Shown: positions 29,473 to 40,358, numbered from the whole stretch's first letter. The stretch: DNA of 61,400 nt, filler included, from Deltaproteobacteria bacterium (GCA_016202395.1; 3 parts of 3 records of this genome joined end to end with filler, not necessarily neighbours in it), one strand, 5' to 3'. Numbers and translations are program-made. Notes: a model not told the origin generated them from the sequence alone.

Positions 29473-30378
29473 ATGATGCTGGAAATTATTAAACCCAATA
29501 CGAACATCAATTTTATTGGCAAGCTCAAATACACGGTTATCTTGTCGACTGTCATTATTCTTGGAGGTCTCTTCTCTATTATTTCCAAAGGGGGTTTAAA
29601 TTATGGGGTCGATTTTTCCGGTGGAACTCTAATTCAGGCGCGATTTAGCCAATCTACCACCGCCTCCGAGATTAAAAAAGGGTTGGAGCCCCTTAACGCC
29701 GAAGGACTTGTGGTTCAAAATTTTGGTGGAGGCAATAATTCGGAGTTCCTCATCCGGGCCTCAGGGCTTCCAGAAAACCTGGAGCAATTCTCAGATCAAA
29801 CTCTGAAGCTTCTTCAAGAGGCCTATCCTAACGGCAGCATCGAAATTCGACGATCCGAAACAGTGGGCCCCAAGATTAGCGCAAGCCTTCGGAAAAAAGG
29901 GTTCTGGGCCGTTGCTCTTTCGATCCTGGGCATGCTGATTTACGTCACTTGGAGATTCGAGTTTCGATTTGGAGTGGGAGCCATTGTCGCTCTTACCCAT
30001 GATGTTCTGATCACGCTAGCTGCGATCTCTTTGAAAGGGATTCCTATTGATCTTTCGATTATCGCGGCGTTCTTGACCGTGGTCGGTTACTCTGTGAACG
30101 ACACGATTGTTGTGAGTGACCGTATCCGTGAAAATCTCCGCAAACTTGGAACTCGGGATGAAACCGGCGTCATCAATAAAAGTATCAACGAAACCCTAGG
30201 CCGCACCATCCTTACCTCAGGCGTAACGCTCCTCTCCGTCCTCGCCCTCTATCTCTTTGGAGGGGGAGTGATCCAAGATTTCGCATTCGCATTACTAGTC
30301 GGTTTTATTGCAGGGGTTTACTCCACGATCTATATTGCAAGTCCAATCGTCCTCCTCTTTAAAAAGAAGAAAAAATAA
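29473..30378 (+). CDS. secF: Protein translocase subunit SecF
   Basis: GVDFSGG, VGP, HDV, GYSVNDTIVVSDRIREN. Confidence 0.97.
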   Translation: MMLEIIKPNTNINFIGKLKYTVILSTVIILGGLFSIISKGGLNYGVDFSGGTLIQARFSQSTTASEIKKGLEPLNAEGLVVQNFGGGNNSEFLIRASGLPENLEQFSDQTLKLLQEAYPNGSIEIRRSETVGPKISASLRKKGFWAVALSILGMLIYVTWRFEFRFGVGAIVALTHDVLITLAAISLKGIPIDLSIIAAFLTVVGYSVNDTIVVSDRIRENLRKLGTRDETGVINKSINETLGRTILTSGVTLLSVLALYLFGGGVIQDFAFALLVGFIAGVYSTIYIASPIVLLFKKKKK

Positions 30379-30381
30379 TCG

Positions 30382-30481
30382 NNNNNNNNNNNNNNNNNNN
30401 NNNNNNNNNNNNNNNNNNNNNNNNNTTAATTAATTAANNNNNNNNNNNNNNNNNNNNNNNNNNNNNNNNNNNNNNNNNNNN
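30382..30481. other. Artificial contig-join spacer
   Basis: N run with a central TTAATTAATTAA (stops in all six frames). Confidence 0.95.
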
Positions 30482-30624
30482 CGGAGACCAGATTCCCAGC
30501 CTTTGCAGGCATGACATAGGTGAGGCTCATCATAGCCCCACTATACCTCCCTCTACCCCATCTTCCCATCAATACTCCCACTGTTACCGATGTATCTCAA
30601 CCTCTTCAGAGACCTAGAGGCGCC

Positions 30625-30714
30625 CTACAATAACTTCATACCGGAAAAGAAGTAAGCGATTTCCCAGTGGGCGGTCTCAGGGCTGTCGGAGCCATGAACG
30701 ATATTGTGCTCAAT
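30625..30714 (-). pseudogene. Displaced copy of the ndk 3' end (att-like direct repeat)
   Basis: 30646-30714 is identical to 32130-32198; reads [29 protein letters not shown]. Confidence 0.85.
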
Positions 30715-30734
30715 AAATTAGGGGGGGAGATCTC

Positions 30735-30780
30735 TTGACAATCGTTCTATTTTCTGTATAATTTGATACAGGAAATGGAA
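30735..30780 (+). promoter_or_regulatory. abiE promoter with inverted-repeat operator
   Basis: TTGACA-16 nt-TATAAT; imperfect 15-bp IR TTCTATTTTCTGTAT (30745-30759)/ATACAGGAAATGGAA (30766-30780). Confidence 0.75.
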
Positions 30781-30785
30781 TCTAT

Positions 30786-31367
30786 ATGAGATTGGATCGC
30801 ACCATAAAACGGCTACAACAATGCAAACGCAAAACTTTTACTACCCAGGATCTTAAGAAACTCTTAGAGATCCAGCAGGACAATACGGCCTACAAAACAG
30901 CAGAAAGTTTGGTAAGAAAAGAATTCCTTCTGCGATTAAGAAAAGGACTTTTTGCTTTTGCTTTTTCTCCACCTGAGGATTTCGAGGTCGCCAATGCCCT
31001 CTATTCTCCCTCTTATATCTCGCTGGAAACAGCTCTAAACGTGCATGGCATTCTGTCGCAGTTTCCATACCCTATTACCTCGGTGACTCCAAGAAAAACG
31101 AGAAAGTTTCAAACTCTGGATAAAGAGTTTGAATACGTTCACCTTCAAAAAGGGCTATTTTGGGGGTATGAGAAAAAAGGGGCCTTTTTGATAGCGCAAC
31201 CTGAAAAGGCTTTGATGGATCAAATTTATCTCGTATCCAAAGGCTGGAGAAAAATAAATTTCGAAGAACTGGACTACTCAGGATGTGATAGAAAGATCCT
31301 CAAAACGATGGCCTCAAAAATCGCCTATCCTCCTTTCCAGGCTCTTTGGAAGGAGTTGAAATTATGA
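30786..31367 (+). CDS. Type IV TA antitoxin, AbiEi family
   Basis: N-terminal wHTH (LLRLRKGLF), PSYISLETAL..HG, ITSVT, IAQPEKALMD..Y. Confidence 0.88.
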   Translation: MRLDRTIKRLQQCKRKTFTTQDLKKLLEIQQDNTAYKTAESLVRKEFLLRLRKGLFAFAFSPPEDFEVANALYSPSYISLETALNVHGILSQFPYPITSVTPRKTRKFQTLDKEFEYVHLQKGLFWGYEKKGAFLIAQPEKALMDQIYLVSKGWRKINFEELDYSGCDRKILKTMASKIAYPPFQALWKELKL

Positions 31368-32128
31368 TTACAGAAGAACAAACGCAAAAACTATCCCGCC
31401 GATTCTCTATCGATTCCTATTCTATTTTAAGAGAATATCTCCAACTCCTTTTCCTGAAATACCTTTATGAACTTGATGGAAGCGCAAAGATCTATTTTAA
31501 AGGGGGAACGGCAATCCATTTTTTATACGGTTCTTTTCGGTTTTCGGAAGACCTTGATTTCACCTCTCTGCATTCTCCATCCGAATTGAAAAAACTCTCA
31601 AAAGAAGTAGCACAACGACTTATCGTGGAAATGGAAGGGATTGAACTCAAAGACCTGGATTCGAAAGGCCATTCTTTTTCTCAAATGCTCAAATATCGCG
31701 GCCCATTGAAATTTCCACTCACCATTCGTCTGGAGTTTTCATTGAGAGAAAAACCCTTAACCTCTCAAGTGAGCCCTATTGAAACAATTTTCCCAATTAC
31801 CCCTTACCCTCTGGTGACTCATTTAAGCTCTGAAGAGCTTCTTGCAGAAAAAGTGCGAGCCCTGCTCATAAGACATAAGGGGAGAGATCTTTTTGATCTC
31901 TGGTTCTTACTTTCCAAAGGGGTTTCGCTTAGAGAAGATTATGTCGAAGAGAAGATGAAGTGGTATAAAACAACTTATCACCGTCCTGATCTTATCTCCT
32001 CAATCAAAAATTTTAAGGAAAAGGAACTCGAAATGGATCTTAGGAAATTTCTTCCCAAAAATTATCGTTCATTTATTAAAGAGCTCCTAAACAGAACCTT
32101 AAGGCACCTCTCTGTTACAAAATCTTAG
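31364..32128 (+). CDS. Type IV TA toxin, AbiEii/AbiGii nucleotidyltransferase
   Basis: [33 protein letters not shown] overlap with the antitoxin. Confidence 0.92.
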   Translation: MITEEQTQKLSRRFSIDSYSILREYLQLLFLKYLYELDGSAKIYFKGGTAIHFLYGSFRFSEDLDFTSLHSPSELKKLSKEVAQRLIVEMEGIELKDLDSKGHSFSQMLKYRGPLKFPLTIRLEFSLREKPLTSQVSPIETIFPITPYPLVTHLSSEELLAEKVRALLIRHKGRDLFDLWFLLSKGVSLREDYVEEKMKWYKTTYHRPDLISSIKNFKEKELEMDLRKFLPKNYRSFIKELLNRTLRHLSVTKS

Positions 32129-32525
32129 GAAAGAAGTAAGCGATTTCCCAGTGGGCGGTCTCAGGGCTGTCGGAGCCATGAACGATATTGTGCTCAATGC
32201 TATCGGCGTATTGGGCGCGCAAAGTGCCTGGAGCCGCTTTTTTAGGGTCGGTGGCTCCCATCAGCTCTCGATTCTTAGCAATGGCATCTTCCCCCTCCAA
32301 CACCATCACCACGCAAGGCCCCGAGCTCATGAAGTCGGTCAAACTTGGGAAAAAGGGCCTGTTTTTGTGAACCTGATAAAACCCTTCCGCCTCTCGCTTG
32401 GAAAGACAAATCATTTTCGCTGCAACGATTTTCAAACCGTTCTTTTCAAAACGAGCCAAGATCTCCCCAATGAGATTCTTCTTCACCGCATCTGGTTTCA
32501 CAATCGATAAGGTTCGCTCTTTCAT
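32115..32525 (-). CDS. ndk: Nucleoside-diphosphate kinase
   Basis: [30 protein letters not shown]. Confidence 0.98.
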   Translation of the reverse strand: MKERTLSIVKPDAVKKNLIGEILARFEKNGLKIVAAKMICLSKREAEGFYQVHKNRPFFPSLTDFMSSGPCVVMVLEGEDAIAKNRELMGATDPKKAAPGTLRAQYADSIEHNIVHGSDSPETAHWEIAYFFPKIL

Positions 32526-33421
32526 GACGCTACACTCCTTTGCCGTTCTTCTCCCCTTAAGATACGAACCATCGTCGCACCAATCTCATTAGCGCTCGGC
32601 GCCATCACCACACCTGCCGCCTGAAGGGCCTCCATCTTTTCTTTCGCTGTCCCCTTTCCCCCCGCAATAATCGCTCCTGCATGCCCCATCCGCTTACCTT
32701 TTGGAGCGGTCTGTCCTGCGATGAACCCCACCACCGGCTTGGTCACATTTTTCTTAATAAATTTTGCGGCTTGTTCTTCAGCCTCACCGCCAATCTCACC
32801 AATCATCACAATCGCTTCCGTTCCCGGATCTTTCTCAAAGAGCTTTAAAACATCGATGAAAGAACTTCCAATAATGGGGTCTCCTCCAATCCCCACACAG
32901 GTCGATTGCCCTAAACCGCTCCGTGTGAGTTGATCGACCGCCTCGTAGGTCAGTGTCCCGCTTCGAGAAATAACCCCCACGGTTCCAGGTTTATGAATGA
33001 CCCCAGGCATGATCCCTACCTTGCATTCCCCTGGAGTGATCACACCGGGACAATTGGGACCCACCAACCGACTCTTTGTCCTTTGCAAAAAGTGGTAAAC
33101 ACGGGTCATATCGAGAACAGGGATCCCTTCTGTAATGCAAATAATCAAAGGAACCTTGGCATCCGCTGCCTCCAGGATGGCATCGGCCGCGAAGGGAGGT
33201 GGCACAAAAATGAGAGACACATCCGCCTTCATTTTCCGAACCGCTTTATCAACGGTATCGAAGACAGAGATCCCCTCAACCTGGGTTCCACCCTTGCCCG
33301 GCGTGACCCCAGCAACAATACGGGTTCCATAGGCTAAACACTGTTGAGTGTGGAAAAGGCCGGTTTTACCCGTGATTCCTTGAACAACGACCCGCGAGCT
33401 TTTGTTAACGAGAATCGACAT
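32522..33421 (-). CDS. sucD: Succinate-CoA ligase subunit alpha
   Basis: [30 protein letters not shown]. Confidence 0.98.
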   Translation of the reverse strand: MSILVNKSSRVVVQGITGKTGLFHTQQCLAYGTRIVAGVTPGKGGTQVEGISVFDTVDKAVRKMKADVSLIFVPPPFAADAILEAADAKVPLIICITEGIPVLDMTRVYHFLQRTKSRLVGPNCPGVITPGECKVGIMPGVIHKPGTVGVISRSGTLTYEAVDQLTRSGLGQSTCVGIGGDPIIGSSFIDVLKLFEKDPGTEAIVMIGEIGGEAEEQAAKFIKKNVTKPVVGFIAGQTAPKGKRMGHAGAIIAGGKGTAKEKMEALQAAGVVMAPSANEIGATMVRILRGEERQRSVAS

Positions 33422-33450
33422 AACCTCACACCTCTAATCTATTTAAAAAA

Positions 33451-33477
33451 CTGGATTCCCGCTTGCGCGGGAATGAC
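33451..33477. repeat. REP-like hairpin CTGGATTCCCGC..GCGGGAATGAC
   Basis: Same family as 22125-22151; lies in the sucC-sucD spacer. Confidence 0.8.
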
Positions 33478-33483
33478 GGCAAA

Positions 33484-34647
33484 CTAGCCCTTAGCAACAA
33501 ATGAGACAGCCTTTTGAGCCCCTTCGGCCATACTCTCAGCGGGCTCAATCTTTAAACCCGAACTCTTCAAAATCTCTCTCCCTTTTTCCACGTGGGTTCC
33601 CTCCAAACGAACCACTAACGGAACCTGAATGTGAGCCTCTTTTACAGCATCCACAATCCCTTGAGCCAACACATCGCACTTTAAGATTCCTCCAAAGATA
33701 TTGACAAAGATCGCACTCACATTAGGATCGGCAAGGATGATCTGAAAAGCTTGGCTCACCTGTTCTTTGGAAGCGCCACCGCCAACATCCAAGAAATTGG
33801 CCGGCTCCCCTCCATAGAGTTTGATCGTGTCCATGGTCGCCATGGCTAATCCCGCGCCATTCACTAAGCAGCCGATGTTGCCATTGAGCTTCACATAGCT
33901 TAGGCCGGCTCGATTCGCCTCGAGCTCTGTCGGATCCTCTTCGCGGGTGTCTTGCATCGCAGCAAGCTCTTTCTGCCGAAACAGAGCATTGTTGTCGATG
34001 TTAAACTTAGCATCTAATGCAACAAGATCGCCACTTTTTGTTTTGACCAAAGGGTTTACTTCCAAAAGCGAGCCGTCAGAGGCTTGAAAGGTTTTGCAGA
34101 GCGCTTTTAAGATCGATGTAAACTGACTCGCGGTGCTCCCCGTGAACCCTAGTTTCTCAGCCAGTTTTCTTCCTTGGTAATCCCCCAACCCCATCGAAGG
34201 ATCGACAGGCTCCTTAAGGATCTTTCGTGGCGATTGGGAGGCCACCTCTTCAATATCCATCCCACCGGCCACGCTCGCAATAACCACAGGACAGGCCTTC
34301 GCACGATCCATCACCATCCCTAAATAGTACTCCTTTTCAATCTCCGAAGGTTGTTCCACCCACAGCTGATGAACGATCTTCCCTTGAGGGCCTGTTTGCG
34401 GAGTGATCAAAGGCTTTCCCAAAAGATCCTGAGCAGCAGATCTAGCCTCCTCGGCTGTTTTCACAAGACGAATCCCTCCCCCTTTTCCTCTTCCGCCGGC
34501 ATGGATCTGGGCTTTAACGACACAAGGGCCTCCCAAACGCTGAGCGATGGCATAAACCTCATCGGGGGTTGAGGCTACTTCCCCCTGAGGAACCGGAATT
34601 CCATTCTTCTTGAAGATCTCTTTGGTCTGATATTCGTGAAGTAACAT
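33484..34647 (-). CDS. sucC: Succinate-CoA ligase subunit beta
   Basis: LHEYQ.K, KAQIHAGGRGKGGG, GAGLAMATMD, NIFGGI. Confidence 0.98.
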   Translation of the reverse strand: MLLHEYQTKEIFKKNGIPVPQGEVASTPDEVYAIAQRLGGPCVVKAQIHAGGRGKGGGIRLVKTAEEARSAAQDLLGKPLITPQTGPQGKIVHQLWVEQPSEIEKEYYLGMVMDRAKACPVVIASVAGGMDIEEVASQSPRKILKEPVDPSMGLGDYQGRKLAEKLGFTGSTASQFTSILKALCKTFQASDGSLLEVNPLVKTKSGDLVALDAKFNIDNNALFRQKELAAMQDTREEDPTELEANRAGLSYVKLNGNIGCLVNGAGLAMATMDTIKLYGGEPANFLDVGGGASKEQVSQAFQIILADPNVSAIFVNIFGGILKCDVLAQGIVDAVKEAHIQVPLVVRLEGTHVEKGREILKSSGLKIEPAESMAEGAQKAVSFVAKG

Positions 34648-34649
34648 AG

Positions 34650-35402
34650 CTAGAATCCTAACAATTTTTTAATCGCGTGTTGGGTGACTTGCCACTCCAC
34701 CTCTCCAATCGAGGTCGTCAGAGGAATCTCCTTCGGGCAAACCTTGACACAGTTCTGAGCATTTCCACAATTTGAAACACCGCCGGGCCCCATCAAAGCC
34801 TCTAATCGCTCTCCTGCATTCATGGCCCCGCTCGGATGCAGGTTGAATAGACGAACTTGACTGATCGCCGCCGCTCCAATGAATTGGGAGCGAGAGTGAT
34901 ATTGAGGGCAAGCCTCTAAACAGCAACCACAGGTCATACAACGGGAAAGGGCATAGGCCTTTTGCTGTGTCTCGGGACTCACTTTGGGCCCCGCCCCTAA
35001 GGCGTGCGTTCCATCGAGAGGAACCCAAGCTCCCACTTTTTTAAGCCCTTCAAACATCCGAGAACGATCGACTTTAAGATCCCGAAGGTTGGGAAACTTC
35101 GACATCGGCCGAAGCTCAATGGGCTGTGAGAGATTTACAACCAACGCGGAGCAAGCCTGACGAACAGCGCCATTAATCACCATCGTGCAAGAGCCACAAA
35201 CCTCTTCCAAACAGTTGGCCTCCCAGGCAGGCGGTGTCGTGGGTTTCCCATCGGCAGTGGCAGGATTTTTTTGAATCTCCATCAAAGCGCCGATCACATT
35301 CATTCCAGGATAATAGGAGACCTCAAACTCTTCCCAACGAGGAGGAGCCGATGGATTTTCCCGCCTGTGAATCCGAAAACGAACGTTTTTACCAGAATTC
35401 AT
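34650..35402 (-). CDS. sdhB: Succinate dehydrogenase iron-sulfur subunit (Bacillus-type)
   Basis: CLEEVCGSC, CMTCGCCLEACP, CGNAQNCVKVCPK. Confidence 0.96.
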   Translation of the reverse strand: MNSGKNVRFRIHRRENPSAPPRWEEFEVSYYPGMNVIGALMEIQKNPATADGKPTTPPAWEANCLEEVCGSCTMVINGAVRQACSALVVNLSQPIELRPMSKFPNLRDLKVDRSRMFEGLKKVGAWVPLDGTHALGAGPKVSPETQQKAYALSRCMTCGCCLEACPQYHSRSQFIGAAAISQVRLFNLHPSGAMNAGERLEALMGPGGVSNCGNAQNCVKVCPKEIPLTTSIGEVEWQVTQHAIKKLLGF

Positions 35403-35413
35403 TTAAAACCTTT

Positions 35414-35444
35414 CGTTCATGGTTCGACAAGCTCACCATGAACG
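35414..35444. repeat. REP-like hairpin CATGGTTCGACAAGCTCACCATG
   Basis: Identical core at 44629-44655; fills most of the sdhA-sdhB spacer. Confidence 0.8.
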
Positions 35445-35446
35445 GA

Positions 35447-37198
35447 CTATTTTTTCACTCCGGCTGTCGCCTGATCGTACCGACGCGGTCTCGGCTTCAA
35501 ATATTGAATATCCACTGCCTCATATTCCAACCGTGGCCCCTGCGAGGTGTAGGTCGCTTTAGTGGTCTTAAGCCACTCTTCATCATTTCGATCGGGGAAC
35601 CCCGGCTTGTAATGGGCGCCACGAGATTCATCTCTCTGGAGAGCCCCCAATGTAATCAACTCTGCAAGAACGAGCATGTTCCAAAGCTGCCGTGTGAAAA
35701 GGACCTCCCCGTTAGCCCAGCGATTCGTATCGGAAAGTCCGATCTTTTGATAACGGACCATCAGATCTCGAATCTTTCCACAAACCACCTCAATCTTTTT
35801 GTTCTCTCGGACTATCGTGACATGAGAGGTCATCATCTCACTTAATTCTTGATGAAGTCGATGCGGATTTTCCACCCCTTGCATGTTGTAGATCTCTTCG
35901 ATCGTCTGTTTCTGCTCCAAAACCTGGGAATCGACCTCAGAGCTTGTGATGGAGCCCGCTTTGCTTTTTACAAACTCTACCGACTTGGGTCCCGCAATCA
36001 TTCCGCCATAAATACACGAAAGGAGTGAATTGGCTCCCAAACGATTGGCGCCATGATACTGATACTCGCATTCTCCCGCAGCAAAAAGTCCGGAGATGTT
36101 TGTCATCTGATCAAAATCAACCCATAACCCTCCCATCGAGTAGTGAACTGCGGGAAAAACCTTCATAGGAACTTCATAGGGACTTTCCCCCATGAATTTT
36201 TCATAAATTTCTAAAACTCCACCCAATCGCTCCCGCAGCCGTTTTTTATCGATGTGAGTGACATCCAGGTAAACCTGATCTTTTCCATCGATCCCCAATC
36301 CGAGTTCACGACACACCTTGTAGATGGCGCGACTGGCGATGTCTCGTGGAACAAGGTTCCCGTAAGCGGGGTACCATTCTTCCAAGAAATACCATCGCTT
36401 CCCATCCTTCAGTGTCCAAACACGCCCCCCCTCCCCTCGCACCGACTCTGAGATGAGCCGGAGTTTATCTCCACCGGAAATCGCTGTGGGGTGAACCTGA
36501 ATAAACTCTCCGTTGGCGTAGATGGCTCCCTCTTGGTACACGGAGCCGGCAGCTCCTCCCGTGTTCGTTAAAGAATTCGTGGTCTTACCAAAGATTAAGC
36601 CCGGTCCACCGGTTGCAAGAACAACCGCCCCCGCAAGAAACGGATGAATCTCCATTCGGATGAGATCGAGAGCAACGATCCCGCAACAACTCCCCTTCCC
36701 ATCCTTGAGGATCGAAAGGAACTCCCAACCCTCGTACTTTTTCACTTTTCCTTCAGCCTCAAATCGACGAACCTGCTCATCCAAAGCGTAAAGGAGTTGC
36801 TGACCCGTTGTGGCTCCGGCAAATGCGGTTCGGTGATAACGGCTCCCACCGAATCGGCGAAAATCAAGGTTTCCTTCTGGGGTTCGGTTGAAGGGGACTC
36901 CCATGCGATCTAAAAGATAGACGATATTGGGAGAGGCCTCGCACATCCCTTTGACCGGAAGTTGGTTGCCAAGAAAGTCTCCGCCGTAAATCGTTTCTTC
37001 AAAATGGATCTGTGGGGAATCCCCCTCCCCCTTCGTGTTAACAGAGGCGTTAATTCCTCCCTGAGCACAGACCGAGTGGGAACGTTTCACAGGAACGATC
37101 GAAAAAATGTCGACCATGGCGCCGGCCTCAACCGCTTTAATCGTGGTCATTAAGCCCGCAAGTCCCCCCCCAACAATAATAATTTTTGTCTCTGCCAT
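35447..37198 (-). CDS. sdhA: Succinate dehydrogenase flavoprotein subunit
   Basis: GGGLAG, RSHSVCAQGG, EFIQVHPT, HYSMGG, HGANRLGANSL. Confidence 0.97.
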   Translation of the reverse strand: MAETKIIIVGGGLAGLMTTIKAVEAGAMVDIFSIVPVKRSHSVCAQGGINASVNTKGEGDSPQIHFEETIYGGDFLGNQLPVKGMCEASPNIVYLLDRMGVPFNRTPEGNLDFRRFGGSRYHRTAFAGATTGQQLLYALDEQVRRFEAEGKVKKYEGWEFLSILKDGKGSCCGIVALDLIRMEIHPFLAGAVVLATGGPGLIFGKTTNSLTNTGGAAGSVYQEGAIYANGEFIQVHPTAISGGDKLRLISESVRGEGGRVWTLKDGKRWYFLEEWYPAYGNLVPRDIASRAIYKVCRELGLGIDGKDQVYLDVTHIDKKRLRERLGGVLEIYEKFMGESPYEVPMKVFPAVHYSMGGLWVDFDQMTNISGLFAAGECEYQYHGANRLGANSLLSCIYGGMIAGPKSVEFVKSKAGSITSSEVDSQVLEQKQTIEEIYNMQGVENPHRLHQELSEMMTSHVTIVRENKKIEVVCGKIRDLMVRYQKIGLSDTNRWANGEVLFTRQLWNMLVLAELITLGALQRDESRGAHYKPGFPDRNDEEWLKTTKATYTSQGPRLEYEAVDIQYLKPRPRRYDQATAGVKK

Positions 37199-37201
37199 AA
37201 G

Positions 37202-37846
37202 TTATATAAACCGCGTCAAAATATGGATTCCCCAAACCGCCATTGAAACAAAAATTCCTAAACAGATTAGGCTTGAAACGCGCTGCGCCCTCTCCCCACG
37301 CGTAATCCCCCAAGTGATCAAGAAACTCCATAAGCCATTCCCAAAATGATAGGCCACGCAAACAATCCCAATGGCATAGCAAAGAAAAATCCATGGCTGT
37401 GAAAGATCAATGGCCATGAGTTGAAAATTAACCTCTCGCCCGTAGAGATAGTCCTGCATCGTCGTGCGATAGACATGAAAAACGATGTAGGCCAATGCCA
37501 CAACGCCGGTGAGTCTCTGGAAAACGTAGCGCCAGTTGGCTAGGTAGGGATAGGCCCTCACATTGGGAGCCCCCCACCGGAGGATCGCAAAGCCATAGAG
37601 CGCATGATAGAGAATTGGAAGAGCGATGACGCCAAGCTCTAAGATGAAGCGATAAGGGATTCCCTGAAGCGCATGAACAACCTCATTATATCTCTCGGGG
37701 CCGTGCTGGGCATAAGAGTTTTGAAAAAAATGGAACACCACGTAGGCTCCAATGGGGAGAATGCCACTGAGCGAATGAAGGCGTTTGAGCCAAAATTCGT
37801 TACGAACTAAAAATCCCGGCGCGGTGTTGTTAAAGGAAGAACTCAT
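37202..37846 (-). CDS. sdhC: Succinate dehydrogenase cytochrome b558 subunit
   Basis: [34 protein letters not shown]. Confidence 0.92.
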   Translation of the reverse strand: MSSSFNNTAPGFLVRNEFWLKRLHSLSGILPIGAYVVFHFFQNSYAQHGPERYNEVVHALQGIPYRFILELGVIALPILYHALYGFAILRWGAPNVRAYPYLANWRYVFQRLTGVVALAYIVFHVYRTTMQDYLYGREVNFQLMAIDLSQPWIFLCYAIGIVCVAYHFGNGLWSFLITWGITRGERAQRVSSLICLGIFVSMAVWGIHILTRFI

Positions 37847-38781
37847 GACGATAAGATTTGTTCCACCTCTTTGCAGAGCTCCTTCACCTGTCCCACCGAG
37901 GCATCCAAAAGTTTTCTCTCCTCAGAGGCAAGATCAATCTCAATCACCTTTTCCATCCCTCGAGAACCCAAAACGACAGGAACGCCAATAAAGTAGCCCC
38001 CAACGCCGTACTCTTTATCACAATAAGCGGCGCAAGGAAGGATCCGTCGTTTGTCTTTAAGAATGGACTCGACCATCTGAATGATGGAGGCCGATGGGGC
38101 ATAATAAGCGGAGCCTGTTTTCAATAAATTCACGATCTCGGCCCCTCCATTACGAGCCCGATCCACAAGAGCTTTAATCCGATCGGCGCTCAAAAGCTGA
38201 GGGAGCGGGATCCCAGAAACCGTTGCGTAACGGGGAAGAGGAACCATCGAGTCTCCGTGCCCTCCTAAAACAAACCCTTGGATGTCCTCCACAGAAACCC
38301 CTAACTCCATGGCAATAAAAGCCCTAAATCGCGCCGAATCCAAAACGCCGGCCATTCCCAGAATTCTCTCCCTAGGAAAGCCAGTGACACGATGAGCGAC
38401 GTAAACCATGGCGTCCAGAGGGTTGGATACGATGATAAGGATCGCCTTGGGGCTTGTCTTTGCAACCTTCTGACAAACCTCTTTAACAATGCCCGTGTTA
38501 GTTTTGATCAGATCGCTTCGACTCATCCCCGGCTTGCGCGCAATCCCCGCGGTAACCACAACGATGTCAGAATCTTGAGTCTCTTTATAATCGTTGGTCC
38601 CCACAATTCGAACATCGATCCCCTCCACAGGGCAGGCCTCCAAAAGATCCAGAGCTTTCCCTTGAGGAACCCCTTCGATCACATCGATCAAAACCACATC
38701 GGCGAGCTCCTTAGTTATGATCCAATGAGCTGCTGTGGCTCCGACGTTGCCTGCTCCAACGATGGTAATCTTTTTTCTCAT
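37843..38781 (-). CDS. mdh: Malate dehydrogenase (LDH-like)
   Basis: [36 protein letters not shown]. Confidence 0.97.
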   Translation of the reverse strand: MRKKITIVGAGNVGATAAHWIITKELADVVLIDVIEGVPQGKALDLLEACPVEGIDVRIVGTNDYKETQDSDIVVVTAGIARKPGMSRSDLIKTNTGIVKEVCQKVAKTSPKAILIIVSNPLDAMVYVAHRVTGFPRERILGMAGVLDSARFRAFIAMELGVSVEDIQGFVLGGHGDSMVPLPRYATVSGIPLPQLLSADRIKALVDRARNGGAEIVNLLKTGSAYYAPSASIIQMVESILKDKRRILPCAAYCDKEYGVGGYFIGVPVVLGSRGMEKVIEIDLASEERKLLDASVGQVKELCKEVEQILSS

Positions 38782-38782
38782 G

Positions 38783-40039
38783 TTAGGCCGCCTTTAATCC
38801 AGAGTCCATATTTTTAACAATCGCTCTCCCGAATTCCGAGCACTTCAATAACTTTGCCCCTGGCATCTGTCTTTCCAAATCATAGGTCACTGTTTTTTGA
38901 CGGATCGTTTCTTCAATGGCCTTCACAATAAGATTGGAAGCCTCCCCCCACCCCAAATAATCTAAAAGCATCACTCCTGAAAGGAGAAGCGAGCTCGGAT
39001 TCACCTTATCTTGTCCCGCGTATTTGGGGGCTGTGCCATGGGTCGCTTCAAAAATGGCGTAAGGAAATCCGATATTGGCTCCCGGAGCCATCCCCAATCC
39101 CCCGACTTGGGCGGCACAGGCATCCGAAAGATAGTCCCCATTGAGATTGGGTGTGACAATCACATCATACTCGTCAGGACGAAGAAGAATCTGCTGAAAC
39201 ATCGCATCGGCGATTCGATCCTTGACGATAACCTTCCCTTTATCGGAGGCCCCTTTCCAAATCTCGCTCTCTAGAACCACCTTATCTCGAAATTCCTCTT
39301 TTGCCACCTCATAGCCCCAATCGCGGAAGGCCCCTTCCGTAAATTTCATGATATTCCCTTTGTGAACCAATGTGACCGATTTACGATGGTGCTGGATGGC
39401 GTGTTCAATGGCCATTCGGACGAGACGTTTAGTCCCTGAAGGGCTCATCGGTTTGATTCCGAGCCCTGCCTTTTCAGGAATTTTCTTCCCAAAATCTTTG
39501 ATGAGGATGTCTCGAAGTTTTTCAGCCTCCGGAGAACCAGAGGCCCATTCAATGCCCGCATAAACATCCTCCGTGTTCTCACGAAAAATGATAACGTCCA
39601 GTTTCCCGGGCTCTTTTACGGGACTAGGAACCCCTTCGAAATAGCGAACAGGGCGGACACAAGCAAAAAGATCGAGTTTTTGTCGGAGGGTAACATTGAG
39701 GCTTCGAATCCCCCCTCCCACGGGCGTGGTCAAAGGCCCTTTGATCGCCACTTTATAATCTCGAATGAGATCAAGCGTCTTTTCAGGGAGCCATTCGTTA
39801 AAAAGATTCTGAGCCTTCTCCCCGGTGTAGACCTCAAACCAAGAGGCTTTCCGTTTAGGGCCATAGGCTTTTTCAACCGCAGCATCTAAGACTAGACGGG
39901 TGGCCGCCCAGATATCGGGGCCAATCCCATCCCCTTCGATAAAACAAAGAATCGGGCGATCAGGGATTTGAAGTTGACCGTTCTTGACTGTAATCTTTTC
40001 CCCATCAACGGGGGGTTGCCATGGATCTTTCTTTTTCAT
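38783..40039 (-). CDS. icd: NADP-dependent isocitrate dehydrogenase
   Basis: [53 protein letters not shown]; start at MKKKDP. Confidence 0.97.
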   Translation of the reverse strand: MKKKDPWQPPVDGEKITVKNGQLQIPDRPILCFIEGDGIGPDIWAATRLVLDAAVEKAYGPKRKASWFEVYTGEKAQNLFNEWLPEKTLDLIRDYKVAIKGPLTTPVGGGIRSLNVTLRQKLDLFACVRPVRYFEGVPSPVKEPGKLDVIIFRENTEDVYAGIEWASGSPEAEKLRDILIKDFGKKIPEKAGLGIKPMSPSGTKRLVRMAIEHAIQHHRKSVTLVHKGNIMKFTEGAFRDWGYEVAKEEFRDKVVLESEIWKGASDKGKVIVKDRIADAMFQQILLRPDEYDVIVTPNLNGDYLSDACAAQVGGLGMAPGANIGFPYAIFEATHGTAPKYAGQDKVNPSSLLLSGVMLLDYLGWGEASNLIVKAIEETIRQKTVTYDLERQMPGAKLLKCSEFGRAIVKNMDSGLKAA

Positions 40040-40076
40040 GGATTTTGATGAAATAATTTTATCAGAAACGGGGGTT

Positions 40077-40105
40077 ACTGTACTCAACCCGCCGCGCTGT
40101 GTCAA
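40077..40105 (-). promoter_or_regulatory. Putative sigma70 promoter of the icd-mdh-sdh-suc-ndk run
   Basis: Minus strand TTGACA-17 nt-TACAGT. Confidence 0.55.
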
Positions 40106-40139
40106 GTTTTGCTTCATAAAATTTCCTCCTGTCCAATAA

Positions 40140-40187
40140 GTCACGGGAGTGTTTTTTCGCTTCACTCACGAGATTTTTGGGGGACCC
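40140..40187 (-). repeat. Dispersed repeat arm (GGGTCCCCCAAAAATCT...CACTCCCGTGA)
   Basis: Reverse complement resembles 8-58 and 26055-26102. Confidence 0.7.
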
Positions 40188-40193
40188 GTCTAG

Positions 40194-40286
40194 GGAGGAT
40201 GGGGTCAGTTTTAAGTTTTTAAGTAACGCTGACCCCATCCTCCTCACTAATCGTTACTTAAAAACTTAAAACTGACCCCATCCTCC
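40194..40286. repeat. Perfect 35-bp inverted repeat with an extra internal arm
   Basis: 40194-40228 is the exact reverse complement of 40252-40286; CTGACCCCATCCTCC also occurs at 40229-40243. Confidence 0.9.
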
Positions 40287-40358
40287 TCCTTATGGGATGA
40301 CACTAACATAAATGAATAGAATCCATATGAGGGGGATCAGCGATTGACCTGATGGGGA

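Noticed and set aside
30382-30481. TTAATTAATTAA palindrome within N runs (also 52850-52949)
   Set aside because: Artificial six-frame-stop spacer used to join contigs. It is not biological, and synteny across it (secF/abiE, 6S/kinase) cannot be used.
40194-40286. Possible CRISPR array
   Set aside because: The repeats are inverted with no unique spacers, and there are no cas genes in the window.
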